Assembly (NCBI GenBank): GCA_040902105.1
Contig: JBBDXW010000053.1
Location: 17,842-81,841, forward strand
Reading direction: 5' to 3'
From: Woeseia sp.
GTDB taxonomy: Bacteria; Pseudomonadota; Gammaproteobacteria; Steroidobacterales; Woeseiaceae
Length of the DNA stretch: 64,000 bases
A model generated the notes under the pieces. It made no database searches and had not been told where the DNA came from. It saw only the letters and a program-made list of their open reading frames with translations. A program made the translations under genes and the position numbers. Below are positions 16,006 through 26,475 of the stretch, piece after piece. The stretch's first letter is position 1; each line of letters begins with the position of its first letter.

Positions 16006-17296
16006 GGAGTTTGGCTCCCGGGATGAGTTGCTCGAGTTCGTGCTCGACCTCTCGTTTGCCGTGCGGCCGGTTCTTCCGTTTCGGCTGGTGGATCGCTTCG
16101 CGCAGCTTCGCGAGGTCGAACGTCAGTTCCTTGTTCGCAATCGTGTTGGCGATACCTTTAATCACGTACTCCGCCGCCTCGTGCCAGCCGATGTATCGCA
16201 GCATCATTTCCGCCGAGAGGATCAGCGAGCCGGGGTTGACGCGGTCCTTGCCGGCAAATCCCGGCGCCGTGCCGTGCGTTGCTTCGAAGACTGCGACGCC
16301 GTCGCCGATATTCCCGCCCGGAGCGATGCCGATGCCGCCTACCTGCGCGGCCAGCGCATCCGAAATGTAGTCGCCGTTCAGGTTTAGGGTTGCGATCACG
16401 TCGTAGTCCTCCGGGCGCATCAGGATCTGCTGCAGGAAGTTGTCGGCGATGACGTCTTTGACGATGATCTCGTTGCCCGTCACCGGATTGGCGAAACCGA
16501 GCCACGGACCGCCGTCTTTTTCCGTGGCGCCGAACTCCTCACGCGCGAGCGCGTAGCCCCACTGGCAGAAGGCGCCCTCCGTGTACTTCATGATGTTGCC
16601 TTTGTGCACCAGCGTGACCGAGCTGAAATCCCGGTCGATGCAATACTGGATCGCCTTGCGCACCAGCCGCTGCGAGCCTTCGCGCGACACAGGCTTGATG
16701 CCGATGCCGGAGCTCGCGGGAAAACGGATCTTCTTTACGCCCAGTTCCGTTTGCAGGAAGTTGATGAGTTTCTGCACTTCCTGCGAGCCGGTCGGGAACT
16801 CGATGCCGGCGTAAATGTCTTCGGTGTTCTCGCGGAAGACGACCATGTCGACCAGCTCGGACTCCTTCATCGGCGTGGAGACGCCGGGAAAATACCGGAT
16901 CGGACGCACGCAGGCGTACAGGTCGAGCGCCTGGCGTATGGATACGTTCAGCGAGCGGATGCCGCCGCCCACCGGCGTCGTCAGCGGGCCCTTGATGGAA
17001 ACGACGAAGTTGCGGAACGCATGCAGCGTTTCGTCCGGGAGATGGACATCCTCGCCATAGACGTCGGCCGCCGCCTGGCCGGCGTAGACCTGCATCCACT
17101 TGATTTCGCGCCCGGCCCCGTAGGCTCGCGAGACCGCGGCGTCCACGACGTCCTTCATCACCGGGGTCACGTCAATGCCGATGCCGTCGCCGACGACGAA
17201 TGGGACTATCGGCCGTGCCGGCACGTTGAGGGAATTGTCGCGATTGACGGTTATGGCCTCGCCGCCATCGGGGACCTTGATGTGGTCGTATTGCAT
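15956..17296 (-). CDS. icd: NADP-dependent isocitrate dehydrogenase
   Basis: ATG at 17296 gives [45 protein letters not shown].., colinear with E. coli Icd. The track N-terminal extension (to 17395) reads through a REP palindrome. Confidence 0.93.
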   Translation of the reverse strand: MQYDHIKVPDGGEAITVNRDNSLNVPARPIVPFVVGDGIGIDVTPVMKDVVDAAVSRAYGAGREIKWMQVYAGQAAADVYGEDVHLPDETLHAFRNFVVSIKGPLTTPVGGGIRSLNVSIRQALDLYACVRPIRYFPGVSTPMKESELVDMVVFRENTEDIYAGIEFPTGSQEVQKLINFLQTELGVKKIRFPASSGIGIKPVSREGSQRLVRKAIQYCIDRDFSSVTLVHKGNIMKYTEGAFCQWGYALAREEFGATEKDGGPWLGFANPVTGNEIIVKDVIADNFLQQILMRPEDYDVIATLNLNGDYISDALAAQVGGIGIAPGGNIGDGVAVFEATHGTAPGFAGKDRVNPGSLILSAEMMLRYIGWHEAAEYVIKGIANTIANKELTFDLAKLREAIHQPKRKNRPHGKREVEHELEQLIPGAKLLGTRGFGEAVVRHMDD

Positions 17297-17372
17297 TGCG
17301 GGTCTCGTGTCGATGATTCTCAGGAAACGGCGCGCATTGTACCGGTATGGTGGTGGATTTGTTCCACGGCGA

Positions 17373-17438
17373 TCGCCCGCTCGCGCGGGCTCCAACAGGG
17401 ATTCTATTACCGCTGTTGGAGCCCGCGCGAGCGGGCGA
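17373..17438. repeat. REP-type palindromic element (inverted pair)
   Basis: tcgcccgctcgcgcgggctccaacag (17373-17398) and its perfect reverse complement (17413-17438), with a 14-nt spacer. Each arm also contains its own GCCCGC..GCGGGC hairpin. Confidence 0.85.
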
Positions 17439-17484
17439 AATCGACCTCAAAGGTCATCTATAAGGCGAACGCCTGCGCCGGCGG

Positions 17485-19101
17485 TCAATCGAGATCCTCA
17501 TACGCTTCCAGCGTCAGGAACTGCACGAACTGATTCTGTTTCGTGATGTGGTCCATCAATTGTGCGGCGCGCCGGTAATGGCCCTTGTCGAACTGCGAAT
17601 CACCGACCGAGGTGCGGATGTTGTCCATCTCTTCCCTCAGCAAAGCCTTGAAGTAGCCATACGTAACGTTTCGCCCTTCGTCGAGAACGCCCGTTTCATG
17701 ATGCACCCACTGCCACACCTGGGCGCGTGAGATCTCTGCCGTAGCGGCATCCTCCATCAGGTTGTTGATGGGCACGCAGCCGTTGCCGCCGAGCCATGCC
17801 GCCATGTATTGCACGCCGATATTGATGTTGTCGCGAAGTCCCCGTTCGGTGATCTTGCCCTTGACGACCTGCAACAGGTCCGCCGCTTCGACGTGGTCGT
17901 CTTCGCGCAGTCGATCGAGTTGATGCGGGCCCGTCATGTGTGCGTCGAAGATTTCCGTCGCCAGCGGTACCAGCGCCGGATGTGCGACCCAGGTGCCGTC
18001 GTGCCCATCCTGCACTTCGCGTTCCTTGTCCGCCCGCACTTTGGCGAGCGCGCGCTGATTGGCCTCAGGATCGTCCTTGATCGGAATCTGCGCCGCCATT
18101 CCACCGATTGCGTAGGCGCCGCGTCGATGACAGGTCTTGATGACGAGCCTGGAGTACGAGCGCAGGAAGTGTGTCAGCATGGTCACTTCGCCGCGGTCTG
18201 GCAGGACGAATTCCGGGTACTTGTGGAATTTTTTAATGAAGCTGAAGATGTAGTCCCAGCGCCCGCAGTTCTGCCCGACGATGAAATCTTTCAGCTCATA
18301 GAGGATCTCATCGATCTCGAACGCGGCGAGGATGGTTTCGATGAGCACGGTGACCTTTATTTCACCCTTGCCGACAATGCCTGCGTCCTCGGCAAACCTG
18401 AAGACGTCGTTCCAGATACGTGCTTCCAGGTGCGATTCCAGTTTCGGCAGGTAAAAATACGGCCCGGTACGGCGTTTCTTCAATTCGGCCGCGTTGTGGA
18501 ACAGGTAAATTCCGAAATCGACCAGCGCCCCGGACACGGCCTTGCCGTCGACCAGGATGTGCTTCTCCGCCAGGTGCCAGCCGCGCGGCCGCACAACCAG
18601 GGTCGCGGTTTCCTTGTCCAGCGCGTAGTGCTTCCCCTTCGCCTCGAGTTCGATGCTGCGATTGACGGCATCGCGCAGGTTGATCTGTCCCTGCACGATG
18701 TTCGCCCAGGTCGGGGACAGCGAATCTTCGCAGTCCGCCATGAACACCCTGGCGCCCGAGTTCAGCGCGTTGATGATCATTTTGCGGTCGGTCGGCCCGG
18801 TGATCTCGACCCGGCGGTCCGTGAGATCGTCCGGCACCTCGCAGACTTTCCAGTCGGACTCGCGAATGTTGCGGGTCTCCTCCAGGAAGTCCGGCATCCG
18901 GCCGTCGTCGATCGCCTGTTGCCGCTGCTCGCGTGCTGCCAGCGCCTGTTCGATGCGCGGCGTAAACCTGCGCGCGAGCGCTGCGACGAAGGCGAGTGCA
19001 TCGTGGCTCAGGATTTCGGCGAAGCCTGGCCCCATCTCGCCCGTCACTTCGATCGCGGCCCGGGCGCTTTTCGCGCTTGCCTGCTCGCTGGTTTCATGCA
19101 T
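17485..19101 (-). CDS. aceB: malate synthase A
   Basis: 538 aa. ..RRVEITGPTDRKMIINALNSGARVFMADCEDSLSPTW.. and full-length colinearity with AceB. Confidence 0.93.
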   Translation of the reverse strand: MHETSEQASAKSARAAIEVTGEMGPGFAEILSHDALAFVAALARRFTPRIEQALAAREQRQQAIDDGRMPDFLEETRNIRESDWKVCEVPDDLTDRRVEITGPTDRKMIINALNSGARVFMADCEDSLSPTWANIVQGQINLRDAVNRSIELEAKGKHYALDKETATLVVRPRGWHLAEKHILVDGKAVSGALVDFGIYLFHNAAELKKRRTGPYFYLPKLESHLEARIWNDVFRFAEDAGIVGKGEIKVTVLIETILAAFEIDEILYELKDFIVGQNCGRWDYIFSFIKKFHKYPEFVLPDRGEVTMLTHFLRSYSRLVIKTCHRRGAYAIGGMAAQIPIKDDPEANQRALAKVRADKEREVQDGHDGTWVAHPALVPLATEIFDAHMTGPHQLDRLREDDHVEAADLLQVVKGKITERGLRDNINIGVQYMAAWLGGNGCVPINNLMEDAATAEISRAQVWQWVHHETGVLDEGRNVTYGYFKALLREEMDNIRTSVGDSQFDKGHYRRAAQLMDHITKQNQFVQFLTLEAYEDLD

Positions 19102-19188
19102 GCTGGTTTAGTCCTGAATGAGATATTAATTATTTATTTGTCAATCGATTACGTGGTTTAGTTGAGATCGTTTCTGTAGCGGTGTGGC

Positions 19189-19262
19189 ATTCGCCCGCTG
19201 TGCGGGCTCCCACGCCGTAGCGCATGAATCGCGCCTTGTTGGAGCCCGCGCAGCGGGCGAAT
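19189..19262. repeat. REP-type palindromic element (inverted pair, imperfect), same family as 17373-17438
   Basis: attcgcccgctgtgcgggctccca ... ttggagcccgcgcagcgggcgaat, 2 mismatches between the arms, spacer about 26 nt. Confidence 0.8.
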
Positions 19263-19303
19263 TGCCAGCGTTCGACGCTGCCAGCCGCAATTATACTTCC
19301 CCG

Positions 19304-19870
19304 GTGCCCTTGATTCTTTTCAACAAGCCTTATGGCGTGCTCAGCCAGTTCAGCCGTCCGGACACGCGCCCGACTCTCAAGGACTATGTGACCGATGCAA
19401 ACGTGTATCCCGCCGGCCGCCTCGACGCCGGCAGCGAAGGCCTCGTTCTTCTCACCGACGACGGCAAGTTGCAGGCGCGGATCAGCCATCCCGGTTCGAA
19501 ATTGCCAAAAAGTTACTGGGTTCAGGTCGAAGGAGTCGCCGCGGACCGGCATCTCGAAGAGCTGACGCGCGGCGTTGACCTGAAAGACGGCCGGGCTGTC
19601 GCTCTAAAGGCCCGATCGATCGACGAACCGGAGAACCTGTGGCCGCGCGACCCGCCCATTCGCGAGCGCAGGAACAACCCGACCTGCTGGCTCGAGCTCA
19701 TTATCGACGAGGGCCGCAACCGGCAGGTGCGCCGCATGACTGCGGCCGTCGGATTGCCGACGCTACGGCTGGTCCGCCGTGCGGTCGGTCCGTGGTCGAT
19801 TGCAGAACTCGGATGCGGCGAGACGCGCCGCATCAGTAATGAACAAGCGTGGCAGCGTCTCGAACGTTAG
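19304..19870 (+). CDS. rluE: 23S rRNA pseudouridine synthase (RluE/RsuA family)
   Basis: VPLILFNKPYGVLSQFSRPDTRPTLKDYV..YPAGRLDAGSEGLVLLTDDGKLQARISHP matches RluE (ILFNKPYDVLPQF..AAGRLDRDSEGLL). Start set at GTG 19304 because the track start 19184 translates the REP element. Confidence 0.85.
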   Translation: MPLILFNKPYGVLSQFSRPDTRPTLKDYVTDANVYPAGRLDAGSEGLVLLTDDGKLQARISHPGSKLPKSYWVQVEGVAADRHLEELTRGVDLKDGRAVALKARSIDEPENLWPRDPPIRERRNNPTCWLELIIDEGRNRQVRRMTAAVGLPTLRLVRRAVGPWSIAELGCGETRRISNEQAWQRLER

Positions 19871-21231
19871 CCAGCCAACCCGTTGCGATGAAGCCCTGCG
19901 ATGCGCATCGCAACTTCCATCGCCTGTTCGTAATTGAGCCGCGGATCGACCGTCGACTTGTACGCCCTGGCGAGGTCGCTGTCGGTCAGCCCCCTGGCGC
20001 CACCGGTGCATTCCGTTACGTTCTCGCCCGTCAGTTCGAGGTGAACGCCGCCCAGGTAACTGCCGAGCGTCTTGTGGATGCGGAACGCCGCATCCATTTC
20101 CGACACGACATTGTCGAAGCGGCGAGTCTTGGTGCCGTCGGCGGTGCTCTCCGTGTTGCCGTGCATCGGGTCGCAGATCCACAGCACGGGAGAACCGGTC
20201 TCGCGCGCGGCGCGAATGAGCGCCGGCAAACCGTCCTCGATCGATCTGGCGCCGAAGCGGTGAATGAGCGTGAGCCGCCCCGGTTCGTTGTTCGGGTTCA
20301 GGATGCGGATCAGGTGCTGCAGCCATTCCTCCGTCATGCCCGGACCGACCTTGATGCCGACCGGATTCGCAATGCCGCGAAAATATTCTACGTGGGCGCC
20401 GTCGACCGCAGCCGTACGCATGCCGATCCACGGAAAGTGCGTGGTCAGGTTGTACCAGCGTCCGCGCCGTTCCAGAAACCGTGTCTGCGCCTGCTCGTAG
20501 TAAAGGTGCAAGCCTTCATGGCACGCATAAATATCCGCACGCTGGGTTTGATGCAAGGCACGGCCTGATATCGATTCGAGAAAATCGAGCGAGTTCGAAA
20601 TGGAGCGCACGACCTCGTGATACTCGTCGGCCATCTTCGAATGCCCGACCCAACCGAGATCCCAGTACTCCGGATGGTGCAGATCGGCGAAACCGCCGTC
20701 GATCAGCGAGCGCACGAAATTGAGCGTCAACGCGGCGCGCTCATAGCCGCGCAGAATCAGATTGGGATCCGGTACGCGGTCTTTCGCCGTGAACGGATTG
20801 CGATTGACGAGGTCGCCGCGAAAACTCGGCAGCGAGGTTCCCTCGCGGGTCTCGGTGTCCGTGGAACGCGGCTTCGCGTACTGGCCGGCCATGCGGCCTA
20901 CGCGGACCACGGGCTTTTTGAGCCCGTACAACATCACCAGGCTCATTTGCAGCAAAATCTTGAGTTTGGCGACGATGCTGTCGGACGTGCAGTCGTCGAA
21001 ACTTTCGGCGCAATCGCCGCCCTGCAGGACGAATGCCTCGCCGCGCTGCGCCTTCGCGAGCAGGTCCTTGAGACCGTCGACTTCCCACGACGTTACGAGA
21101 GGCGGCAAGCGGCTCAGTTCGGCCACGGCGCGCTCGAGGTCCGGCAAATCCGGATAGGATGGCTGCTGCGCAGCGTCCAGACGCTGCCAGCTTGCGGGGT
21201 GCCAGTCGGATCGGGCAACGGCTCTGGTCAC
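19867..21231 (-). CDS. class II 3-deoxy-7-phosphoheptulonate (DAHP) synthase
   Basis: ..AQQPSYPDLPDLERAV..LPPLVTSWEVDGLKDLLAKAQRGEAFVLQGGDCAESF.. is typical of class II DAHPS. Start moved to GTG 21231, which is preceded by AAGGAGA. The track start is a TTG at 21282. Confidence 0.88.
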   Translation of the reverse strand: MTRAVARSDWHPASWQRLDAAQQPSYPDLPDLERAVAELSRLPPLVTSWEVDGLKDLLAKAQRGEAFVLQGGDCAESFDDCTSDSIVAKLKILLQMSLVMLYGLKKPVVRVGRMAGQYAKPRSTDTETREGTSLPSFRGDLVNRNPFTAKDRVPDPNLILRGYERAALTLNFVRSLIDGGFADLHHPEYWDLGWVGHSKMADEYHEVVRSISNSLDFLESISGRALHQTQRADIYACHEGLHLYYEQAQTRFLERRGRWYNLTTHFPWIGMRTAAVDGAHVEYFRGIANPVGIKVGPGMTEEWLQHLIRILNPNNEPGRLTLIHRFGARSIEDGLPALIRAARETGSPVLWICDPMHGNTESTADGTKTRRFDNVVSEMDAAFRIHKTLGSYLGGVHLELTGENVTECTGGARGLTDSDLARAYKSTVDPRLNYEQAMEVAMRIAGLHRNGLAG

Positions 21232-21412
21232 GGTTTCTCCTTTGGTGCGCGGACTATGCCACGTGGCGGAAAAGCGGCGCAAAGGTTTCGGGCGTAATCA
21301 GGACGTTCGCGCATCGTTCGGTCATACGCTGGTACCGGTCTGGAAAGCACACCGCGACATTGGCACAATGCGCGCCCGCGGGCATCCGCAGCTCTTTCCT
21401 CCAGGAGTTCCC

Positions 21413-22585
21413 ATGCAAGACATTCTGGTCCTCGGCGCCGGCAAGATCGGGGCGCTGATCACGGGCCTGTTGGCCGAATGCGGCGACTACCGCGTGCAGC
21501 TCGCGGACAGCGTCGAGGGCGCCGCGGCGGGCGTCGCGGAGGCGCATGGACTCGATCCGTCGAGTGCCTTCACCCTTGACGCGAGCGATGAAAAGCAACT
21601 GTCTGACCACGTCGGGAAGCACAAGCCCGTTGCCGTTATCTCGGGACTGCCGTTCTATTGCAACGTCGCCGTTGCAAAAGTAGCGCGCGCCGGGAATCTC
21701 CACTATTTCGACCTGACCGAAGACGTTGCCGTGACCAATTCCGTGCGCGCGCTGGCCGACGGTGCCAGCACGGCGTTCGTCCCGCAATGCGGGCTTGCGC
21801 CGGGCTTCATCAGCATTGCAGCGAATGAGCTGATCAAGCATTTCGACAAGCTTCGGTCTGTGAAACTGCGCGTCGGCGCCCTCCCCCAGCATCCCAACAA
21901 CGTGTTGAAGTACTCGCTCACATGGTCGACGGACGGCCTCATCAACGAATACGGCAATCCCTGCCAGAGCATCGTCGAAGGCAAGGAAGTCAACGTGCAG
22001 CCGCTCGAAGGGCTGGAGGAAATCGAAATCGACGGTACGCTCTATGAAGCCTTCAATACCTCGGGCGGACTCGGATCGCTGGGCGAAACGTACGGCAAGC
22101 GCGTCAACACGATGAACTACAAGACGATTCGTTATCCCGGCCATTGCGAACAGATGCGCCTGCTGATGAACGGCTTGAAGCTGAATCGCGACCGCGGCAC
22201 GCTGAAACGCATCCTCGAGAATTCCGTACCGCAGACGCTACAGGACGTCGTCATCGTTTATGCCGCGGTAACCGGCATGCAGGACGGCGAATTCCGCGAG
22301 GAAAACTATGTCAACAAGGTTTATCCGGAAGTCGTCAGCGGCCGGTTGTGGTCTGCAATCCAGATCACGACGGCGGCCGGAGTGTGCAGCGTCATGGACA
22401 TCGTTCTTTCGGCAAAGCCGCAGCGGCGCGGCTTTATCGCGCAGGAAGAATTCGGGCTGCATGAAATCCTGAGCAATCGCTTCGGCGAGTACTATGAACA
22501 TGGCGGCAGCAACCAGCTGTCCGCCGAGCTGGTCGCGCGCGGCGAAACCGGCCGGCAGAGAAAGAAACCCGCGAAGGCGCAGTGA
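21413..22585 (+). CDS. saccharopine dehydrogenase family oxidoreductase
   Basis: ATG at 21413 (GGAG upstream) gives [32 protein letters not shown] (Rossmann GxGxxG), 390 aa. Confidence 0.8.
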   Translation: MQDILVLGAGKIGALITGLLAECGDYRVQLADSVEGAAAGVAEAHGLDPSSAFTLDASDEKQLSDHVGKHKPVAVISGLPFYCNVAVAKVARAGNLHYFDLTEDVAVTNSVRALADGASTAFVPQCGLAPGFISIAANELIKHFDKLRSVKLRVGALPQHPNNVLKYSLTWSTDGLINEYGNPCQSIVEGKEVNVQPLEGLEEIEIDGTLYEAFNTSGGLGSLGETYGKRVNTMNYKTIRYPGHCEQMRLLMNGLKLNRDRGTLKRILENSVPQTLQDVVIVYAAVTGMQDGEFREENYVNKVYPEVVSGRLWSAIQITTAAGVCSVMDIVLSAKPQRRGFIAQEEFGLHEILSNRFGEYYEHGGSNQLSAELVARGETGRQRKKPAKAQ

Positions 22586-22605
22586 GCGAACGAGGAGCGA
22601 AGGCA

Positions 22606-24123
22606 ATGAAGGACATACTCGGCAAACTGGGGTTAGGCGATACGAATCCAGGCACCTGGTCAGGTTCGCGCCCAGCAGAATCCCCATCGGCCCGGCTGAT
22701 CGAGTCCATCAATCCGGCCTCAGGCGACGTGATCGCGAGTGTTCGCTCGACGACCGAGGCTGAATACGACGCCTTGATCGACGATGCACGCGCGGCCTTC
22801 CTCGAATGGCGCAAGGTGCCCGCGCCGGTGCGCGGCGAGGCGATCCGCCTGCTGGGCAACGCGCTCCGCGACCACAAGGATGCGCTGGGCAGCCTCGTCA
22901 GCCTGGAGAACGGCAAGATCAAGGCCGAGGGCGACGGCGAGGTCCAGGAGATGATCGATATCGCGGATTTCGCGGTCGGCCAGTCGCGCATGCTGTACGG
23001 CAGGACCATGCATTCGGAGCGGCCCATGCATCGCATGTACGAGCAGTGGCATCCGCTCGGCATCGTCGGCACGATTTCGGCGTTCAACTTCCCCGTCGCT
23101 GTCTGGGCGTGGAACGCATGCATTGCGGCAATCTGCGGCAACGTCAACGTGTGGAAGCCGTCGCCGAAAACGCCGTTGTGCGGAGTCGCGGTGCAAAAGA
23201 TCTGTAACGAGGCGTTCGCGGACGCGGGATTGCCCGAGATATTTCACCTTTTCAACGACGGTGACAACCGGCTGGCACAGCGCTTCGTCGACGACCGGCG
23301 CGTCGATCTGCTTTCCTTTACCGGTTCAACGGCGGTCGGACGCAAGGTCGGCGAGCACGTGGCGGCACGCATGGGCAAGAGCCTGCTCGAACTCGGCGGC
23401 AACAACGCCATCATCGTCGACGAGCACGCCAATCTCGACCTCGCGGTGCCCGCCATCGTGTTCGGCGCGGTGGGTACGGCCGGGCAGCGCTGCACCTCGA
23501 CGCGACGCGTCATCGTGCACGAATCCCGCATGGAGGAACTGAAGGAACGGCTCGTGAAGGCCTACGGCCAGGTACGAATCGGTGACCCGCTGGACCGGAA
23601 AACGCTGATGGGCCCGCTGATCGACGAGGCGGCCATAGACAGGGTGACGAAAGCGGTCGAGACCGTGCGCAAGGCAGGCGGTGAAATTCTGTGCGGGGGC
23701 AAAGTGCTGGATCGGCCGGGTAATTTTATCGAGCCCGTTATTGCGGTGGCGCAAAACGACTGGGATGTCGTGCAGACCGAAACCTTCGGCCCGATCCTGT
23801 ACCTCATCGCCGCCCGCAATCTCGACGAAGCGATCGAGATGCACAACGGTGTCGCCCAGGGCCTGTCGTCCGCGATCTTCACCGACAGGCTGCAGCACGC
23901 CGAACATTACCTTTCGCAGCTCGGTTCCGACTGCGGCATCGCCAACGTCAATATCGGCACCTCCGGCGCGGAAATCGGCGGCGCCTTCGGCGGCGAAAAG
24001 GAAACCGGCGGCGGCCGCGAGTCCGGCTCCGACGCCTGGAAAGCCTACATGCGCCGCCAGACCAACACCATCAACTGGAGCGCCGAACTCCCCCTCGCCC
24101 AGGGCATAAACTTCACGCTGTAA
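22606..24123 (+). CDS. ALDH7 (antiquitin/AmaB-type) aldehyde dehydrogenase, probable alpha-aminoadipic semialdehyde dehydrogenase
   Basis: [33 protein letters not shown] and catalytic ELGGNN / GQRCTS motifs. ATG at 22606 follows GGAG. Confidence 0.85.
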   Translation: MKDILGKLGLGDTNPGTWSGSRPAESPSARLIESINPASGDVIASVRSTTEAEYDALIDDARAAFLEWRKVPAPVRGEAIRLLGNALRDHKDALGSLVSLENGKIKAEGDGEVQEMIDIADFAVGQSRMLYGRTMHSERPMHRMYEQWHPLGIVGTISAFNFPVAVWAWNACIAAICGNVNVWKPSPKTPLCGVAVQKICNEAFADAGLPEIFHLFNDGDNRLAQRFVDDRRVDLLSFTGSTAVGRKVGEHVAARMGKSLLELGGNNAIIVDEHANLDLAVPAIVFGAVGTAGQRCTSTRRVIVHESRMEELKERLVKAYGQVRIGDPLDRKTLMGPLIDEAAIDRVTKAVETVRKAGGEILCGGKVLDRPGNFIEPVIAVAQNDWDVVQTETFGPILYLIAARNLDEAIEMHNGVAQGLSSAIFTDRLQHAEHYLSQLGSDCGIANVNIGTSGAEIGGAFGGEKETGGGRESGSDAWKAYMRRQTNTINWSAELPLAQGINFTL

Positions 24124-24216
24124 CAACCGCCCCAGGCAACTCCCACCGCTCCGGCATGCCTGCGCCCCAATGCGAGATCGACCGGAGCTGCGACCACCTG
24201 AAAGCCTTGCATCTAG

Positions 24217-24294
24217 CAGGGGCGCGCCCGGGGGTGTTCGACCGAGCGAGTTTCCCGTGTCTGAGCGAATCGAATACCCCCGGGCGCGCCCCTG
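24217..24294. repeat. 18-bp perfect inverted repeat with a 42-nt spacer, between convergent genes
   Basis: caggggcgcgcccggggg (24217-24234) and cccccgggcgcgcccctg (24277-24294). Each arm contains the self-complementary gggcgcgccc. Confidence 0.8.
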
Positions 24295-24357
24295 CGGTCG
24301 CCTGGGCGTGGTCCGACCTATGGGCGCGGTCCGACCAATAAGTCTGCAAGAAGTCCT

Positions 24358-24849
24358 TCAGCTTCCCGAGATACGCTCGAACCGATTCACATCCCGGTTC
24401 TTCCTGGCGTCGCCCTCGGCAAACACCTGCCCGTTCATGGCAATGTAAACGCCGGGCTTGACGACCTGCACCGCCGCGACGGCCATGCCGACGTTGAACA
24501 CGGCATCGGTGCTCTTGAATCGCGCCGGGCTCAACGCTCCCGTAAGCACGATCGATTTGCCTGAAATGGATCTCAGTGCGGCAGCCGTTTCCGCCATGGT
24601 ATCGGTGCCATGGGTAATAACGAACAATGAGGCGTCGTCCTGTTCGATGTAGCGCCTGAGTGCAGCGCGATCGTCGTCGGTCAGCTCCAGACTGTCCTTG
24701 TGAAAGAGTGCGACGATGTCGTATTCGAAGTCGACCAGTCCATCGGACAGTATGTGTTTCAATTGCGAGTCGCCGACCTCGAACTGGCTCATGGCGTCGA
24801 AGTAGATCTTGTCGATCGTACCGCCGGTCGTGATAAATCGAATGAACAT
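24358..24849 (-). CDS. asparaginase N-terminal-domain protein (short form)
   Basis: ATG at 24849 gives MFIRFITTGGTIDKIY...FVITHGTDTMAETAAAL (TGGTI and HGTDT asparaginase motifs), 163 aa. Confidence 0.75.
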   Translation of the reverse strand: MFIRFITTGGTIDKIYFDAMSQFEVGDSQLKHILSDGLVDFEYDIVALFHKDSLELTDDDRAALRRYIEQDDASLFVITHGTDTMAETAAALRSISGKSIVLTGALSPARFKSTDAVFNVGMAVAAVQVVKPGVYIAMNGQVFAEGDARKNRDVNRFERISGS

Positions 24850-24943
24850 TGTCTGTGGCCGGGAGATGGGGCTCGCAGTTTGCCATTTCCGGCCGACCAC
24901 CAAAAGTACGGGCGGGACCTGCGCGCGGCCCGGCGCTCATCCA

Positions 24944-26455
24944 ATGCAGCGCGCGCCCTGCTATCATGGGCACGTGAACGCAAAAACCCGGAAAGTCAGC
25001 CCGCCGCACAGGACAGGCATTCTGCGGGCCCTGGCTGTGCTGGCCGCGGCATTTGCGGCATTTTCGGGGATCTCTCCGGCTCGCGCGGACGGCACTGCGA
25101 TTGTGCTCGACCTGGAGGGCGCGCTGGGCGTTGCGACCGCCGAGTACATCATCGGCGGCATCGAAGATGCACAGGAACGCCGTGCGAACATCGTCATCAT
25201 CCGCATGGATACGCCGGGCGGCCTGGTCGAACCGATGCGCGACATTGTGAGCGCGATCCTGGCCTCGAGCGTGCCGGTCGCGACTTACGTATCGCCGGGC
25301 GGCGCGCGCGCCGACAGCGCCGGCACTTACATTCTTTTCGCCAGCCATGTCGCTGCAATGGCGCCGACCACGCACGTCGGGGCAGCAACGCCGGTTTCGC
25401 TTGGCGGAGGCGATCCGCCGGATTCGTCACCGCCGTTCGAGGAGCAACCTGCCAGGGACGAGGACAGCGATGACGCTGGAGACGGCGGAGCTGCCGACGA
25501 ACCCGAAGCCGAACCCGATAAAGAGCAGCCACTGCCGGGCAGCGCCATGGAACGAAAGGTGCTGAACGACGCGATTGCGTACATACGCGGCCTCGCGGAG
25601 GCGCACGGCCGCAATGCGGACTGGGCGGAAAAAGCAGTGCGCGAAGCGGCCACGCTGACCGCCGAAGCGGCGCTCGAAGAGAATGTGATCGACCTGATCG
25701 CGAACGACCGCTCGGAGTTGCTCGCAGCGATCCACGGCCGCGAAGTTACCATCAATAACCAGGCGGTGGCGCTCGACACCGAAGGCCTGGAAATAGAGAT
25801 CATCGAGCCCAGCTGGCGCATCAAGATACTGACGACGATTTCCAATCCGGAGATCGCGTTGCTGCTGGTGCTGATCGGTATCTATGGACTCATGTTCGAA
25901 GGCTACAACCCCGGCGCCATAGTGCCCGGTGTCGTCGGTGTCATTGCGCTGCTGCTGGCCGCCTATGCGCTGCAGGTGATTCCGGTCAACTACGCGGGCC
26001 TCGCGCTGATTCTCGTTGGCATCGGTATGATCGTGGCCGAGGCGTTCGTGCCGAGTTTCGGCGCGCTCGGTCTCGGCGGCATCGCCGCATTCATTTTCGG
26101 TGCAATTATGATGTTCGACAGCGGTATACCCGGTTACGACATATCGATTGCCTTCGTGGTGGTCTTCGCTGCGGTTACAGCAGCGTTCCTTTTCCTGATG
26201 GTGACCTACCTGCTCAAGCTGAGGCGGCGGGGGCCGGTCACCGGAAGAGGTTCGATTATCGGCGGGAAGGGTATCGCGATGGAGGATTTCAACGGCAAGG
26301 GCAAAGTGTGGCTCGAGGGAGAGTCCTGGCAGGCCGTCAGCGGCACTCCAATCGCCAAGGATCAGGAGGTTGTCGTTCGCGCGATGGAAGGACTGACGCT
26401 GCACGTTGAACCGCTTGCCGAACAAAGCCGCAAAGAAGCAGAAATACGAACCTAG
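24944..26455 (+). CDS. NfeD-family membrane-bound ClpP-class serine protease
   Basis: ..[43 protein letters not shown]...[36 protein letters not shown], then TM helices and a C-terminal OB domain. Start is ATG 24944 or GTG 24974 (uncertain). Confidence 0.85.
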   Translation: MQRAPCYHGHVNAKTRKVSPPHRTGILRALAVLAAAFAAFSGISPARADGTAIVLDLEGALGVATAEYIIGGIEDAQERRANIVIIRMDTPGGLVEPMRDIVSAILASSVPVATYVSPGGARADSAGTYILFASHVAAMAPTTHVGAATPVSLGGGDPPDSSPPFEEQPARDEDSDDAGDGGAADEPEAEPDKEQPLPGSAMERKVLNDAIAYIRGLAEAHGRNADWAEKAVREAATLTAEAALEENVIDLIANDRSELLAAIHGREVTINNQAVALDTEGLEIEIIEPSWRIKILTTISNPEIALLLVLIGIYGLMFEGYNPGAIVPGVVGVIALLLAAYALQVIPVNYAGLALILVGIGMIVAEAFVPSFGALGLGGIAAFIFGAIMMFDSGIPGYDISIAFVVVFAAVTAAFLFLMVTYLLKLRRRGPVTGRGSIIGGKGIAMEDFNGKGKVWLEGESWQAVSGTPIAKDQEVVVRAMEGLTLHVEPLAEQSRKEAEIRT

Positions 26456-26475
26456 GATCACACCGAGGAATTGCC

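Noticed and set aside
17297-17395. N-terminal extensions of icd (to 17395) and rluE (from 19184) given by the ORF track.
   Set aside because: The extensions translate the REP palindromes (..EPARAGDRR.., ..AFARCAGSH..LVGARAAGE..). Downstream starts give N-termini colinear with E. coli orthologs.
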